DNA from: Candidatus Gottesmanbacteria bacterium RIFCSPLOWO2_01_FULL_43_11b
GTDB lineage: Bacteria > Patescibacteriota > Microgenomatia > UBA10105 > UBA927
Assembly (NCBI GenBank): GCA_001780985.1
Contig: MFJV01000001.1
Span: forward strand, 694,579-758,578
DNA: 64,000 bases
Reading direction: 5' to 3'
The notes below the pieces were generated by a model that saw only the letters and a program-made list of their open reading frames with translations, made no database searches and was not told the origin of the DNA. A program made the position numbers and the translations under genes. Position 1 is the stretch's first letter. Each line of letters opens with the position of its first letter. Below are positions 9,719-19,604 of the stretch, in pieces.

Positions 9719-10438
9719 ATGGCGAAACGAAAAGAACCAAGTAAGGAAAATGAGAATCGGGTAAGTCAAGTTGTGGAGGTGGTTGAAGAGTCCGATAAAT
9801 CCGAAGCATTGGAGACAATAAAAGAAGACGCTCAAGAAATAGAAGCTGTAGCAGAAGAGCTTGGAACGCAGAGTGCCCCTCCCATGGAAGAAGAAAAAGA
9901 AAAACAGAAAGAAGTTGTAGAAGAACTTTTTCAAAAAGAGCCACCGACTATTGCTCCTGATTTTACGGAAAATAAACGGGGCTCATCGAGGAAATTTCTG
10001 GTGTGGGCTGCAATAGTTATTAGCGTTGCGCTTTTGGTAGGAGGCGGTCTCATAGCAATTACCGGGGGATCATTGAGTGTTCCCTTTGTTGGTGAACCTA
10101 CACCAACCCCAACACCTGCTTCAACACCAACACCAACTCCTGCACTTAATCTTAACCGTGAAGAACTCAACATAGAAGTCTTAAATGGCGGGGGAACTCC
10201 TGGGGCAGCTTCCAAAATGAAAGCGTTTTTGGAAGAAAAAGGGTATACAGTTACCGATGTTGGTAACACCGAAGAATATACGTATGAGCAAACAGAAATT
10301 TACGTAAAAACTGAAAAGCAAGAATACTTAGCTTTACTTGAAGATGATCTCAAAAGCGACTATAACATCGGGACAACCGGTGCAACTTTGAGCGAGGATT
10401 CCTCTGCAGATGCTCAGGTCATCGTTGGCAAGGAGTAG
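9719..10438 (+). CDS. membrane protein with LytR C-terminal domain
   Basis: acidic N-terminus, one TM helix, PTPT linker, IEVLNGGGTPGAA...VIVG. Confidence 0.85.
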   Translation: MAKRKEPSKENENRVSQVVEVVEESDKSEALETIKEDAQEIEAVAEELGTQSAPPMEEEKEKQKEVVEELFQKEPPTIAPDFTENKRGSSRKFLVWAAIVISVALLVGGGLIAITGGSLSVPFVGEPTPTPTPASTPTPTPALNLNREELNIEVLNGGGTPGAASKMKAFLEEKGYTVTDVGNTEEYTYEQTEIYVKTEKQEYLALLEDDLKSDYNIGTTGATLSEDSSADAQVIVGKE

Positions 10439-10443
10439 ATATA

Positions 10444-11190
10444 GTGTATAAGGCAATCATTCTCGACCTCGATGGTACAGTGGTTCCCCAAGGAAGCGAA
10501 AATCCTCCGAGCGAACGGGTGACGCAGGCAATTTCAGCGGCCAAAGATATCATCCATGTCTGTATTGCTACGGGAAGACCGTTGTTTGCGAGTAAATACA
10601 TTCTTGACCACCTCCAATTGTCAGGACCCTGCATTTTTAATAACGGAGTGCAAGTATATGATCCGGAAAAAAATGAAATAGTGAAAGAATTTCCGCTACC
10701 TCAGAAAGCACTTCCAAACATCATGCACATTTTTAAGAGTCACAAACAGGAAATACTTTTTTTTGACGGAACGAGCGATGTTGAACATACACTCAAGGAA
10801 TTACCCGACACAGTATTTAGTGTTTATTTAAACAAAGCACCAGAAATGTTAGTAGATATTATTGTAGGAGAGCTGCGGAAAATTCCAAACATAGAAGCGC
10901 ATAAGATGTTTTCATGGGAGGATAAAAACTATTTTTCCATCGAAGTAACCAGCGATCAGGCGACGAAACTTCACGGAATTGTTGAGATAACAAAAATACT
11001 TAAGATTACAAAGGAAGAAATTATCGGGGTCGGGGATAGCTATAATGACTTCCCGCTTCTCATGGCTTCAGGCCTTAAAATTGCGATGGGTAATGCCGTC
11101 CCGGAACTTAAGGAAATTGCCGATTTTATCGCCCCTTCAGTTGACGAAGACGGTGTTGCAACAATTATTGAAAAATTTGTTTTGACATGA
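10444..11190 (+). CDS. Cof-type HAD hydrolase
   Basis: DLDGT, ATGR, GDSYND, AMGNA. Confidence 0.92.
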   Translation: MYKAIILDLDGTVVPQGSENPPSERVTQAISAAKDIIHVCIATGRPLFASKYILDHLQLSGPCIFNNGVQVYDPEKNEIVKEFPLPQKALPNIMHIFKSHKQEILFFDGTSDVEHTLKELPDTVFSVYLNKAPEMLVDIIVGELRKIPNIEAHKMFSWEDKNYFSIEVTSDQATKLHGIVEITKILKITKEEIIGVGDSYNDFPLLMASGLKIAMGNAVPELKEIADFIAPSVDEDGVATIIEKFVLT

Positions 11191-11930
11191 AAATACTTGT
11201 CATCTGCGGACCGACAGCCACAGGCAAGACTACCCTTGCGGCATCTTTAGCCAAAAAACTGAATGGGGAGCTTATCTCTGCTGATTCGCGTCAGGTATAC
11301 CGCGGCAGAGACCTTGAAACGAATAAAGAGCGGCCTGCCTCGCCGGCAGGCGGGCCGGACGTTCCTATTTGGTTGTATGATGTGGTAGAGCCCGGCGAGG
11401 AATTTAGCGTCAGCCACTGGGTAAAACTCGCTCGGAGCGCAATTTCCGACATACAAAAACGGGGGAAATTGCCAATTGTTGTTGGCGGAACAGGATTATA
11501 TATTAAAGCACTACTTCGCCCGTTTGAAACAATCAACATTCCACCGGACAAGGAACTTCGTGAAAAAAAATTGAGTGTTAAAGAACTCCAAAAGATGATT
11601 CCAAGGGGGGATATGAACTGGTCAGACTGGAATAATCCACGTCGTTTAATACGGAGAATTGAAACATCGAAGCACAAAGGGCTACGAGGAGACTCCTTGA
11701 AGGCTCTCATAATTGGACTCACTGCGCCGCTGCCGGTTTTATACAAGCGAATTGACGAAGGGTTAGAAAGACGGCTCAGATCGGGTATGAGAGTGACGGG
11801 CGTGAACGAGCGCGCAATAGCAAGAAGACAGCTCGTGTGGTTCAAAAAACAAAAAAACATCCATTGGTTTGATATTTCACAAAAAGGATTTGAGGATGAT
11901 ATACTTAGGCTAATTCATGAACAAGATTGA
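11187..11930 (+). CDS. miaA: tRNA dimethylallyltransferase (shortened)
   Basis: GPTATGKT, ISADSRQVY, VGGTGLY, ARRQLVWF. Confidence 0.9.
   Translation: MKILVICGPTATGKTTLAASLAKKLNGELISADSRQVYRGRDLETNKERPASPAGGPDVPIWLYDVVEPGEEFSVSHWVKLARSAISDIQKRGKLPIVVGGTGLYIKALLRPFETINIPPDKELREKKLSVKELQKMIPRGDMNWSDWNNPRRLIRRIETSKHKGLRGDSLKALIIGLTAPLPVLYKRIDEGLERRLRSGMRVTGVNERAIARRQLVWFKKQKNIHWFDISQKGFEDDILRLIHEQD
11331..11357. repeat. GC-rich palindromic element inserted in frame in miaA
   Basis: CGGCCTGCCTCGCCGGCAGGCGGGCCG, a variant of the element at 13708. Confidence 0.75.
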
Positions 11931-12885
11931 AATATCCTATCGGACTATTATTTTTGCCGTTGCATTTGTTGCAGGGCTGTGGGTTCTTCTCCAAATCCGT
12001 GACATTCTCTTTCTGCTTTTTATTTCCTTTATCCTCATGACCGCCATTCGGCCACTGGTAACCCTTCTTGAAAAAGTTCGTATACCGCGTATTATAAGCA
12101 TTCTTTTTGTATACCTTATTGTTTTTGGATTGTTCGGTTTTTCCCTGGCTGGTACAATCCCTCTTCTGGTTACCCAATCAACCCGACTCATTACCGACCT
12201 TCCGAAGTTTGCCGCTGATGTGATGCCGTACTGGAATATAGATGTGACAACACTTACACGCCAAATAGCTCCTATAAGTGAAAATATTGTCAAAGTTACC
12301 GTGGGAGTATTTTCGAATCTTATAACGACACTGGCTGTGCTTGTATTTACCTTTTATTTTCTTTTGGAACGGCCGAGAGCCTCTCAAACCCTTACATCCC
12401 TTGTGGGAGAATCTATGGCGAATAAAACTCTCAATATTTTACGCCTCATTGAAAAACGATTAGGGGGATGGGTGAGAGGAGAATTGCTTCTCATGTTATC
12501 AATCGGGATTGCTTCCTACATCGGATTGACCATTCTCCATGTGGATTTTGCATTACCTCTGGCAATTATTGCAGGAGTATTAGAAATTGTTCCGACCATA
12601 GGTCCAATTGTCTCTGCGATACCTGCAATTCTTGTCGCTCTTGCAACATCTCCTTTTTTGGCTGTCTCTGTTGTTGCGCTATATTTCATCATTCAGCAGG
12701 TTGAAAATAACGTTCTTGTTCCGCTCGTTATGAAAAAAAGTATTGGATTTTCCCCGCTTGTTACGCTTCTATCTGTGATGATAGGAGCAAGATTTGCAGG
12801 AATTGTAGGTGCAATATTGGCAGTACCGTTTGTTTTGGTTCTTCAGGTAATAATAACAGAGGTATTTTTCCAGCCTTCCAAGTAG
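11917..12885 (+). CDS. AI-2E family transporter
   Basis: multiple TM helices, LEIVPTIGP, IQQVENNVLVP. Confidence 0.9.
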   Translation: MNKIEISYRTIIFAVAFVAGLWVLLQIRDILFLLFISFILMTAIRPLVTLLEKVRIPRIISILFVYLIVFGLFGFSLAGTIPLLVTQSTRLITDLPKFAADVMPYWNIDVTTLTRQIAPISENIVKVTVGVFSNLITTLAVLVFTFYFLLERPRASQTLTSLVGESMANKTLNILRLIEKRLGGWVRGELLLMLSIGIASYIGLTILHVDFALPLAIIAGVLEIVPTIGPIVSAIPAILVALATSPFLAVSVVALYFIIQQVENNVLVPLVMKKSIGFSPLVTLLSVMIGARFAGIVGAILAVPFVLVLQVIITEVFFQPSK

Positions 12886-13235
12886 CACCTTGGAATCTCG
12901 TAAGCCAGATTCTGTTTTTAGACTCTCATTTCTCTCATGCCCGCAATCTTCGGTCCTTCGGAATGCGTCGTATAACGGACCAGTCGTCGGTTGCAGCGGG
13001 TGGGATTGTCTCGTTTCACATTAAAGATCTTAGCCGTCGGGCTTATAGATCTCTGATCGTCTCTGTGACTCTCTCGGCCTGTTAATTCAAGCGTCGTCCC
13101 TTCAGTCTTTCGACCTCAGGGCACCTGACGTTACCGCATCCCGCTTGCGCGGGATCCCCTGCATTCTGCTGTCTGGACTTTCCTCCCCCTCTTTCTACGT
13201 AGAAGGAGGGGGCGAGAGTTCGGATTCCAAGGTGC
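12885..13235 (-). ncRNA. rnpB: RNase P RNA
   Basis: minus strand GAGGAAAGTCCAGAC and AACAGAATCTGGCTTA with compensatory P4 changes; terminal P1 stem GCACCTTGGAATC/GATTCCAAGGTGC. Confidence 0.93.
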
Positions 13236-13253
13236 AACTGTGTATTATACCAT

Positions 13254-13281
13254 AACCCCGCCCTTCGCGAAGGGCGGGGTT
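13254..13281 (-). terminator. perfect 28-bp palindrome, probable terminator of the DUF5679 gene
   Basis: AACCCCGCCCTTCGCGAAGGGCGGGGTT. Confidence 0.7.
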
Positions 13282-13308
13282 TGATAAAACGTTTTACCAG
13301 AAAAACGA

Positions 13309-13449
13309 TTAGCCACCGATCTTAAACATTCCAGTTCCACAGACAGGACATTTTCCTTTGAGTGCTGGTTTGCCGTTCTTCATCGTGATTTTTGTGGCAT
13401 TCGGATCTTCTCTCTTTGTTCGACACTTAACGCAATAAAACGTTGCCAT
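13309..13449 (-). CDS. DUF5679-like zinc-ribbon protein, 46 aa (not in ORF track)
   Basis: MATFYCVKCRTKREDPNATKITMKNGKPALKGKCPVCGTGMFKIGG; SD AGGAGGTGA. Confidence 0.88.
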   Translation of the reverse strand: MATFYCVKCRTKREDPNATKITMKNGKPALKGKCPVCGTGMFKIGG

Positions 13450-13459
13450 AGTAGGTAAT

Positions 13460-13654
13460 TCACCTCCTCTCAAGAATTGTTAGGACAAGCTCAATACCTA
13501 TTGCGATGATACTCAACAAAAGTGTTTTTCGTATATCACGCCGAATATAGGAAAGGTCTTCATGGAGCACTACGCTCGTGGATGCGATGGGAAGGGTATA
13601 AGGGATTCTTCGTTCTTGTGCCAATAATTTTTCTCTTTTGGTCTTTGCTGGCAT
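13460..13654 (-). CDS. small hypothetical protein with C-terminal TM helix
   Basis: MPAKTKREK...LLLSIIAIGIELVLTIL; upstream TTGACA promoter on minus strand. Confidence 0.65.
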   Translation of the reverse strand: MPAKTKREKLLAQERRIPYTLPIASTSVVLHEDLSYIRRDIRKTLLLSIIAIGIELVLTILERR

Positions 13655-13707
13655 AGCTAGCCTCAATGTGGGCTCAAGCGTAGCACAGGCTCGAGAGTGT
13701 TGTCAAC

Positions 13708-13727
13708 CCTGCCTGCCGGCAGGCAGG
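13708..13727. repeat. palindromic REP-like element between divergent promoters
   Basis: perfect palindrome CCTGCCTGCCGGCAGGCAGG flanked by TGTCAA (13701) and TTGACA (13732). Confidence 0.8.
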
Positions 13728-13772
13728 CTCATTGACAAGTATTTGCAAGTGATCGTAAGATGGATTGTACCA

Positions 13773-14243
13773 ATGGATGTCGGTGGAGGATTATTTTTTT
13801 GGGTCATTTTTGTTTTCATCAGCGTCTGGATACTAATACTATCAGTAGTTTTGTTTCGCACGCTCGGGCATTATAACCGGTTATCTCATGGGGTTACCAA
13901 AAACGGACTCAAAGAAGTTCTTGAAGCGATTCTCGGGTCACAGTATAAACAAGCGAAAAAGATTAATGAATTAGAAGAGGTAGTACGGCAGGTAACAAGC
14001 GACGGGAAAAGACACATTGCCAAGATTGGCGTTGTTCGTTTTAATCCCTTTGCAGATACAGGAGGAAGTCAAAGCTTTACGTTGGCGATTCTGGATAGTT
14101 TTGATAATGGGGTGATCATGACATCGCTTTTTGCACGGAATGGAAATCGGTGGTATGTGAAAGAAATTAGAAACGGGAAAGGTAAAGATTTTGAACTTTC
14201 AAAAGAAGAAGAAAGAGCAATTAAAATTGCGCAACCATTATGA
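13773..14243 (+). CDS. DUF4446 family protein
   Basis: N-terminal TM helix, KIGVVRFNPF.DTGG.QSF..A.LD...NG, LSKEE..AI. Confidence 0.85.
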   Translation: MDVGGGLFFWVIFVFISVWILILSVVLFRTLGHYNRLSHGVTKNGLKEVLEAILGSQYKQAKKINELEEVVRQVTSDGKRHIAKIGVVRFNPFADTGGSQSFTLAILDSFDNGVIMTSLFARNGNRWYVKEIRNGKGKDFELSKEEERAIKIAQPL

Positions 14244-15400
14244 ATAAAGAGCATTTTGTGACAGAGGGTATTATTGGGCTCGCGATTTATCTTATCGTGA
14301 CAGGTCTCTCGTACGCCGGATTTAGCTTTTTCGGTGGGGGAAGAGGAGGCGCATCTCCACTTCCAACAGATCAGGAGCATTTTGTGGTTGATCCGACAGC
14401 ACCCAAGACAGAAAGTTGTCCCATTAACGGCAAAATGTTTAGCAAAGCCGAACGGGATATGTGGGAAAAACGACGTCCCCTTGCTGTCATGATAGAAAAC
14501 CATGCGGAAAGTCGTCCCCAGTCAGGATTATCATCGGCAGATGTTGTTTACGAGGCTGTTGCCGAGGGGGGAATTGCCCGATTTATGGGTATTTTCTACT
14601 GCGGCATTGCCCAAAGTACAAGCCTTGCACCAGTTCGAAGCGCGCGAAGTCACTTTTTACCATGGGTTTTAGAATACGACGCTTTGTATAACCATGTGGG
14701 CGGAGCAGGTCGCTGCAATGACGACACGGTTGACGAGCGCGCAAAAGCTTTATGTCAGATTGACGAGTATAGCATCAAAGATATGGATCAGTTCGGCATT
14801 TCTTTCCCCACGTGTTATAGGAACTATGATCGACTTGACCATCCTGTTGCCACAGAGCACACGATGGTATGCGTTACTGATAAGCTCTATAAATTGGCGG
14901 CTCAGCGAGGATGGACAAATGTTGATGCAAAAGGAATATCGTGGGACAAGAGTTACACCGCATGGAAATTTAAGGACGACGCCAAAGAGTCTGACCGCGG
15001 CGCATCATTTTCAGCTTCCTTTGTCGCGTGGGAGGGGTATGAAAAAGAGTATGGCGTTCGATGGGATTATGATAGAACAACCAATACCTACAAACGATAC
15101 AACGGGGGACAGGCGCACATTGATTTGGAAACAAAACAGCAACTCATAGCCAGCGTCGTGATCGTCCAATTTGCAAAAGAAATCGGACCCCTTGATGTTC
15201 ACGCCCATATCCTCTATAACACTATTGGGACGGGAGAAGGATTGCTGTTCCAAGACGGGAAAACGACAAAAATTACCTGGAAGAAAGCAGATCGAAATAA
15301 AAGAACAGTGTTTTATGATGCTGCGGGAAAAGAAGTGACACTGACCCGCGGGCAAATATGGATTGAGCTCCTGCCCACTGGAACAGAAGTTCTGTACTAA
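14240..15400 (+). CDS. DUF3048 domain protein
   Basis: RPLAVMIENH..SRPQSGL..AD.VYE..AEGGI.RF, PVRSAR. Confidence 0.9.
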   Translation: MNKEHFVTEGIIGLAIYLIVTGLSYAGFSFFGGGRGGASPLPTDQEHFVVDPTAPKTESCPINGKMFSKAERDMWEKRRPLAVMIENHAESRPQSGLSSADVVYEAVAEGGIARFMGIFYCGIAQSTSLAPVRSARSHFLPWVLEYDALYNHVGGAGRCNDDTVDERAKALCQIDEYSIKDMDQFGISFPTCYRNYDRLDHPVATEHTMVCVTDKLYKLAAQRGWTNVDAKGISWDKSYTAWKFKDDAKESDRGASFSASFVAWEGYEKEYGVRWDYDRTTNTYKRYNGGQAHIDLETKQQLIASVVIVQFAKEIGPLDVHAHILYNTIGTGEGLLFQDGKTTKITWKKADRNKRTVFYDAAGKEVTLTRGQIWIELLPTGTEVLY

Positions 15401-15447
15401 CTGCATCTGTTCGTGGTATTATCCCTGCACCGGAAAGGAAAACTTCT

Positions 15448-16035
15448 ATGTTTGTTGAAGACCTCATTATTTCACGGGTGAGGGTGAAAATGTTAACCCT
15501 TTTTCTCACGCATCCTGGCACTATTTTCCATGTTCGGGATATCGTTCGGAAGGTAGACGAAGAAATAAATGCAGTCCGTCGTGAATTATCCCACATGGAA
15601 AAAAGCGGGATGGTGACGAAAGAGCAGCGAGCAAATAGACTCTTTTATTTGTTTAAGAAAGACTACCCGCTTTATTTTGAGCTGATGACTATTATTGCCA
15701 AAACATCCGGGCTTGGTCTCGATATTCTCAAACACAAACCAAAACTCGGTAAGATAAAATTTGTCATGCTTTCAGGTCGGTATGTACGACACGTTGCCAA
15801 GAAATCGGGAACCGATGTAGATCTTCTTGTTGTTGGTAACATCGTATTACCGGAACTATCTCAATTAGTCAAAACTGAAGAAGTACGTCGCGAGCAAGAG
15901 CTCAATTACACAGTCATGAGTGAGGAAGAGTTTGCATTCCGTAAAAGGAGACGAGATCCGTTTGTTCTTTCTATTCTCGAAGGCTCACGAGTCATGATTA
16001 TTGGTGATGAAGAAGACCTCGTAAGCTCGCCATGA
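15448..16035 (+). CDS. winged-helix transcriptional regulator with nucleotidyltransferase-like C-terminus
   Basis: HVRDIVR..DEEINAVRREL; DVDLLVVG, ELNYTVMS.EEF. Confidence 0.75.
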   Translation: MFVEDLIISRVRVKMLTLFLTHPGTIFHVRDIVRKVDEEINAVRRELSHMEKSGMVTKEQRANRLFYLFKKDYPLYFELMTIIAKTSGLGLDILKHKPKLGKIKFVMLSGRYVRHVAKKSGTDVDLLVVGNIVLPELSQLVKTEEVRREQELNYTVMSEEEFAFRKRRRDPFVLSILEGSRVMIIGDEEDLVSSP

Positions 16036-16229
16036 CGCAGAAAGTTTTACGTACGGGCAACAGCATCGCTGTAGTCATTCCATCAAAATTTGCCCGTGAT
16101 GTTGCAATTAAACCCGGCGATCCTGTTCATGTTTCCTCAGACAGAAAGAGGGGGAAAATCACCTACACATTTGCTAATGTAACGCAGTTATCCCTCTTGA
16201 ATTCCCCAAGCCGTAAGCTACAATATTGA
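16032..16229 (+). CDS. AbrB/MazE/SpoVT family DNA-binding protein
   Basis: KVLRTGNSIAVVIP...IKPGD.V. Confidence 0.82.
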   Translation: MTQKVLRTGNSIAVVIPSKFARDVAIKPGDPVHVSSDRKRGKITYTFANVTQLSLLNSPSRKLQY

Positions 16230-16233
16230 GATT

Positions 16234-17496
16234 ATGAGGCGTCCTCTCATTTTGTTTTATCTCCTTATAGCCTTGATGTCCTTCTTAATTTTTGTCAATC
16301 TGACACCGAAATTAAAAACACACTTAGGGCTGGATTTATCAGGAGGGATCCAGGTGACACTTGAGGCTGATATGAAGGATATTGTGTCCTCTGATAGATC
16401 TTCCGCGCTTGAATCTGCAAAAGAGGTTATTGAACGCAGAGTAAATCTCTTTGGGGTGTCTGAACCGGTCGTAGTCTCTGCACGAAGTGAAGACCATTAT
16501 CGGATAATCGTTGAACTTCCGGGAGTTTCTGATGTCGACCGTGCAACTTCACTTATTGGACAAACAGCGAAACTAGAATTTCGAGAATTCATTATAATTC
16601 AAGATGCTACTGAAAGCGCATTGCTTATCCCAACACTTGGAAATACCAAGTCTGTGGATTTGAACGGGGGAGACTTGCGTCGAAGCAGGGTTGATTTTAG
16701 TCCTGAAACAGGAGAGCCGGTCGTTGCTATAGAATTTACACCCGAAGGAACGAAGAAGTTTGCCGATATTACAACACGACTTGTCGGAGAACGACTCGCT
16801 ATTTTCCTTGATGATGTCCCGATTACCTGGCCAACAGTTCAAACACCAATTACAGAAGGGTCAGGAGTAATTACAGGAAATTTTACCCGTGACCAAGCCC
16901 GAACCCTTTCTTTGCACCTAAATGCCGGTGCCCTTCCCGTACCGGTTTCCATTGTCGAAAAAAGAACGATCGGAGCAACGCTTGGCAAGGAGTCGGTGGA
17001 AAAAAGTATTTGGGCAGGAGGAGTGGGACTTATTCTTGTTGCCGGATTTATGATTGCTCAATACGGGTGGTTGGGAGTACTTGCTGACAGCGCTCTTATT
17101 ATGTACGGACTTATTTCCCTCGCGCTTTTTCGTGTGATTCCGATAACTCTTACGATGCCGGGAATTGCAGGATTTATTCTTTCTATAGGAATGGCCGTCG
17201 ATAGCAACATTTTGATATTTGAAAGGTATCGCGAAGAGAAGAGGAAAGGGAAACCATGGCATATTGCCATAGAAGTAGCGTTTGGTAAGGCATGGGATAG
17301 CATACGCGATGCAAATTTTACGACACTCATTACCTGTCTTATTCTTTTTAATCCGGGAAGCTGGCAATTTTTGCCGACTTCGGGTTTAGTCCGAGGTTTT
17401 GCCGTAACACTCTTTATTGGAGTACTCGTCAGCTTGTTTACAGGTATTGTCGTCACGCGAACGTTTATCCGCGTTTTATATAGAGAAAAGACATGA
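16234..17496 (+). CDS. secD: protein translocase subunit SecD
   Basis: LGLDLSGG, RIIVELPG, GMAVDSNILIFER. Confidence 0.96.
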   Translation: MRRPLILFYLLIALMSFLIFVNLTPKLKTHLGLDLSGGIQVTLEADMKDIVSSDRSSALESAKEVIERRVNLFGVSEPVVVSARSEDHYRIIVELPGVSDVDRATSLIGQTAKLEFREFIIIQDATESALLIPTLGNTKSVDLNGGDLRRSRVDFSPETGEPVVAIEFTPEGTKKFADITTRLVGERLAIFLDDVPITWPTVQTPITEGSGVITGNFTRDQARTLSLHLNAGALPVPVSIVEKRTIGATLGKESVEKSIWAGGVGLILVAGFMIAQYGWLGVLADSALIMYGLISLALFRVIPITLTMPGIAGFILSIGMAVDSNILIFERYREEKRKGKPWHIAIEVAFGKAWDSIRDANFTTLITCLILFNPGSWQFLPTSGLVRGFAVTLFIGVLVSLFTGIVVTRTFIRVLYREKT

Positions 17497-18266
17497 TTCG
17501 ATTTAGTAAATATATTTGGCTTTACTTTTTACTTTCGGCACTTATTTTAGTGCCGGGGATCTTTTCGCTTGTACGATTTGGTCTACGACCGGCTGTTGAT
17601 TTTACCGGTGGAACTCTTATTGAAATACGTAAGGATGATAAAATTTCTACCCTTCGACTTAAACATGGTGAAGATCAAAACATAGATTTAAACGGTGCAG
17701 AGGTTTTACGAAGTGAAACAGTGGGTCCGATTTTAGGCAAAGAGTTGCTCCGCAAAGCAGCAGTTGCTTCGGTCTTGGCTGTTGTTGCAATTCTTCTCTA
17801 CGTGGCTTTGGCATTCAAAAATTTCAAATTTGGTATCTGCGCAGTGGTGGCGCTTGCTCATGACCTTCTTGTCGTTATTGGCTTGTTTTCGCTGTTTGGG
17901 CGGTTTTGGGGTGTGGAAGTGGATACACTTTTTGTGACTGCGGTTTTGACGACCATGAGTTTCTCGGTCCACGATACGATAGTCATATTCGATCGAATAC
18001 GTGAGTATAGAAAAAGAGGGGAGCGACAAACTTTTTCTGATATATCAGACAGAGCCCTTACGGAGACAATGAACAGATCTCTCACTAACTCGATGACAAT
18101 TATTTTTATGCTTCTTGCCCTCATTCTTTTAGGAGGAAGCACTATTCGATGGTTTATCGTGGCACTTTTAATCGGTACAGTCTCAGGTACATATTCCTCA
18201 CCTTTCGTTGCCACCCCGCTCCTTATTCTTTGGGAACGGTTAGAGATGAAACGCCGACAAGTTTAA
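17493..18266 (+). CDS. secF: protein translocase subunit SecF (reduced periplasmic domain)
   Basis: DFTGGT, ETVGP, HDTIVIFDRIRE, GTYSSPF. Confidence 0.95.
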   Translation: MIRFSKYIWLYFLLSALILVPGIFSLVRFGLRPAVDFTGGTLIEIRKDDKISTLRLKHGEDQNIDLNGAEVLRSETVGPILGKELLRKAAVASVLAVVAILLYVALAFKNFKFGICAVVALAHDLLVVIGLFSLFGRFWGVEVDTLFVTAVLTTMSFSVHDTIVIFDRIREYRKRGERQTFSDISDRALTETMNRSLTNSMTIIFMLLALILLGGSTIRWFIVALLIGTVSGTYSSPFVATPLLILWERLEMKRRQV

Positions 18267-19584
18267 GCTCTTCAATTCTTTTTAATAGATTTTCTTTTTT
18301 ATTCAAAAGTTTTCCTGCTTCAACATCTGCAAACAATAGATTGAGGACTTTGCCGACGGTCGGCCCGGGTTTAATTCCAAATGCTTTCATGACGTCATGG
18401 CCGGAGATTTTAAGATCGGAAACAGTGAATGGTTGTTTTTGAACCTCGATAAGGCGTTTTTTAAATAATTCAAGGCGCCATGACGTTTCGCGTGCACCAC
18501 CTCCCAAACGATCTCCTATCCGTAAAGCGAGCATATCGTTCAGATTTTCTTTTCCCACGCGACGAATAAATCGCCGAAGAGCACTATCAGTTTGACGCTC
18601 ATCCACAGTAAACTGATGCCAACGAACAAGAATGAATAATTTTTCAGCGTCTTTTCGCGATAATCTCAGTCGTTCCGCAATTGTTTTTGTGATTCGGGCT
18701 CCGACCACCTCATGGTTATAAAATGTGATAAGTTTCGTTTCGTCTTTCTTAAATGTTTTGGGTTTGCCGATATCATGGAGAAGCGTTGCGAGTCGCACTA
18801 CGGGATCTGTTGAAGAGCAGTGTTTGAGAGCCATAATCGAATGAGTGCCCACGTCGTAGATGTGATGTCTCTTTGGACTTTTTTGCGGAGTATCGAAGGC
18901 GATTCCAAATTCAGGAATAATATGTTTGAGAAGTCCGGTATTTTTCAGCACTAATATTCCATCTGCAGCATGAGGAGATGCGAGCAATTTAAACAACTCA
19001 TCGCGAATGCGTTCAGCAGAAATTTTACTAAGACCTTGGGCATTTTTTTTGATTGCCAGTGACGTTTGCTCGTCAATCGCAAATCCAAGCTCGCTTGCTA
19101 TGCGAATTGCCCGCATAAGTCGTAATGCGTCTTCGTTAAATCGACTATCTGCGTCGCCAACAGTTTTAATTAGTTGTTTTTTAATATCTCTCTGACCGTC
19201 ATAGGGATCAATCAGATTTTTTCCGTCGAAAGCAATTGCATTAATCGTAAAATCTCTTCGGGACAAATCTTCTTCGATCGAACTGCCCCATGTAATCTTG
19301 TCCGGATGTCTGTGATCTGTATATCCTTTTTCGCTTCGATATGTTGTAATTTCATACACGTCATCTGTTACTTTTATTCCGACCGTGCCAAATTGATTGT
19401 CATAAAAACTGTCAGGAAAAAGTTTGAGGATCTCTTCAGGTTTTGCGTTTGTCGTAAAATCCCATCTGCTCGTTGATTTTCCTATGAGAAGGTCGCGTAC
19501 GGATCCACCGACTGTATACGCTTCAAATCCTGCTTTTTGCAGAGTTTTAATAATATTTTGAGATTGTTGAGGGAGTTTGATCAT
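18223..19584 (-). CDS. cca: CCA tRNA nucleotidyltransferase with HD domain
   Basis: VGGSVRD, DFTT, EDLSRRDFTINA, EDALRLMRA, LLHDIGK. Confidence 0.93.
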   Translation of the reverse strand: MIKLPQQSQNIIKTLQKAGFEAYTVGGSVRDLLIGKSTSRWDFTTNAKPEEILKLFPDSFYDNQFGTVGIKVTDDVYEITTYRSEKGYTDHRHPDKITWGSSIEEDLSRRDFTINAIAFDGKNLIDPYDGQRDIKKQLIKTVGDADSRFNEDALRLMRAIRIASELGFAIDEQTSLAIKKNAQGLSKISAERIRDELFKLLASPHAADGILVLKNTGLLKHIIPEFGIAFDTPQKSPKRHHIYDVGTHSIMALKHCSSTDPVVRLATLLHDIGKPKTFKKDETKLITFYNHEVVGARITKTIAERLRLSRKDAEKLFILVRWHQFTVDERQTDSALRRFIRRVGKENLNDMLALRIGDRLGGGARETSWRLELFKKRLIEVQKQPFTVSDLKISGHDVMKAFGIKPGPTVGKVLNLLFADVEAGKLLNKKENLLKRIEELKLVGVSSLTVPKE

Positions 19585-19604
19585 ACTGGTATTATACGTC
19601 TGAA

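Noticed and set aside
10099-10143. CCAACA-type tandem repeat
   Set aside because: It simply encodes a PTPT linker.
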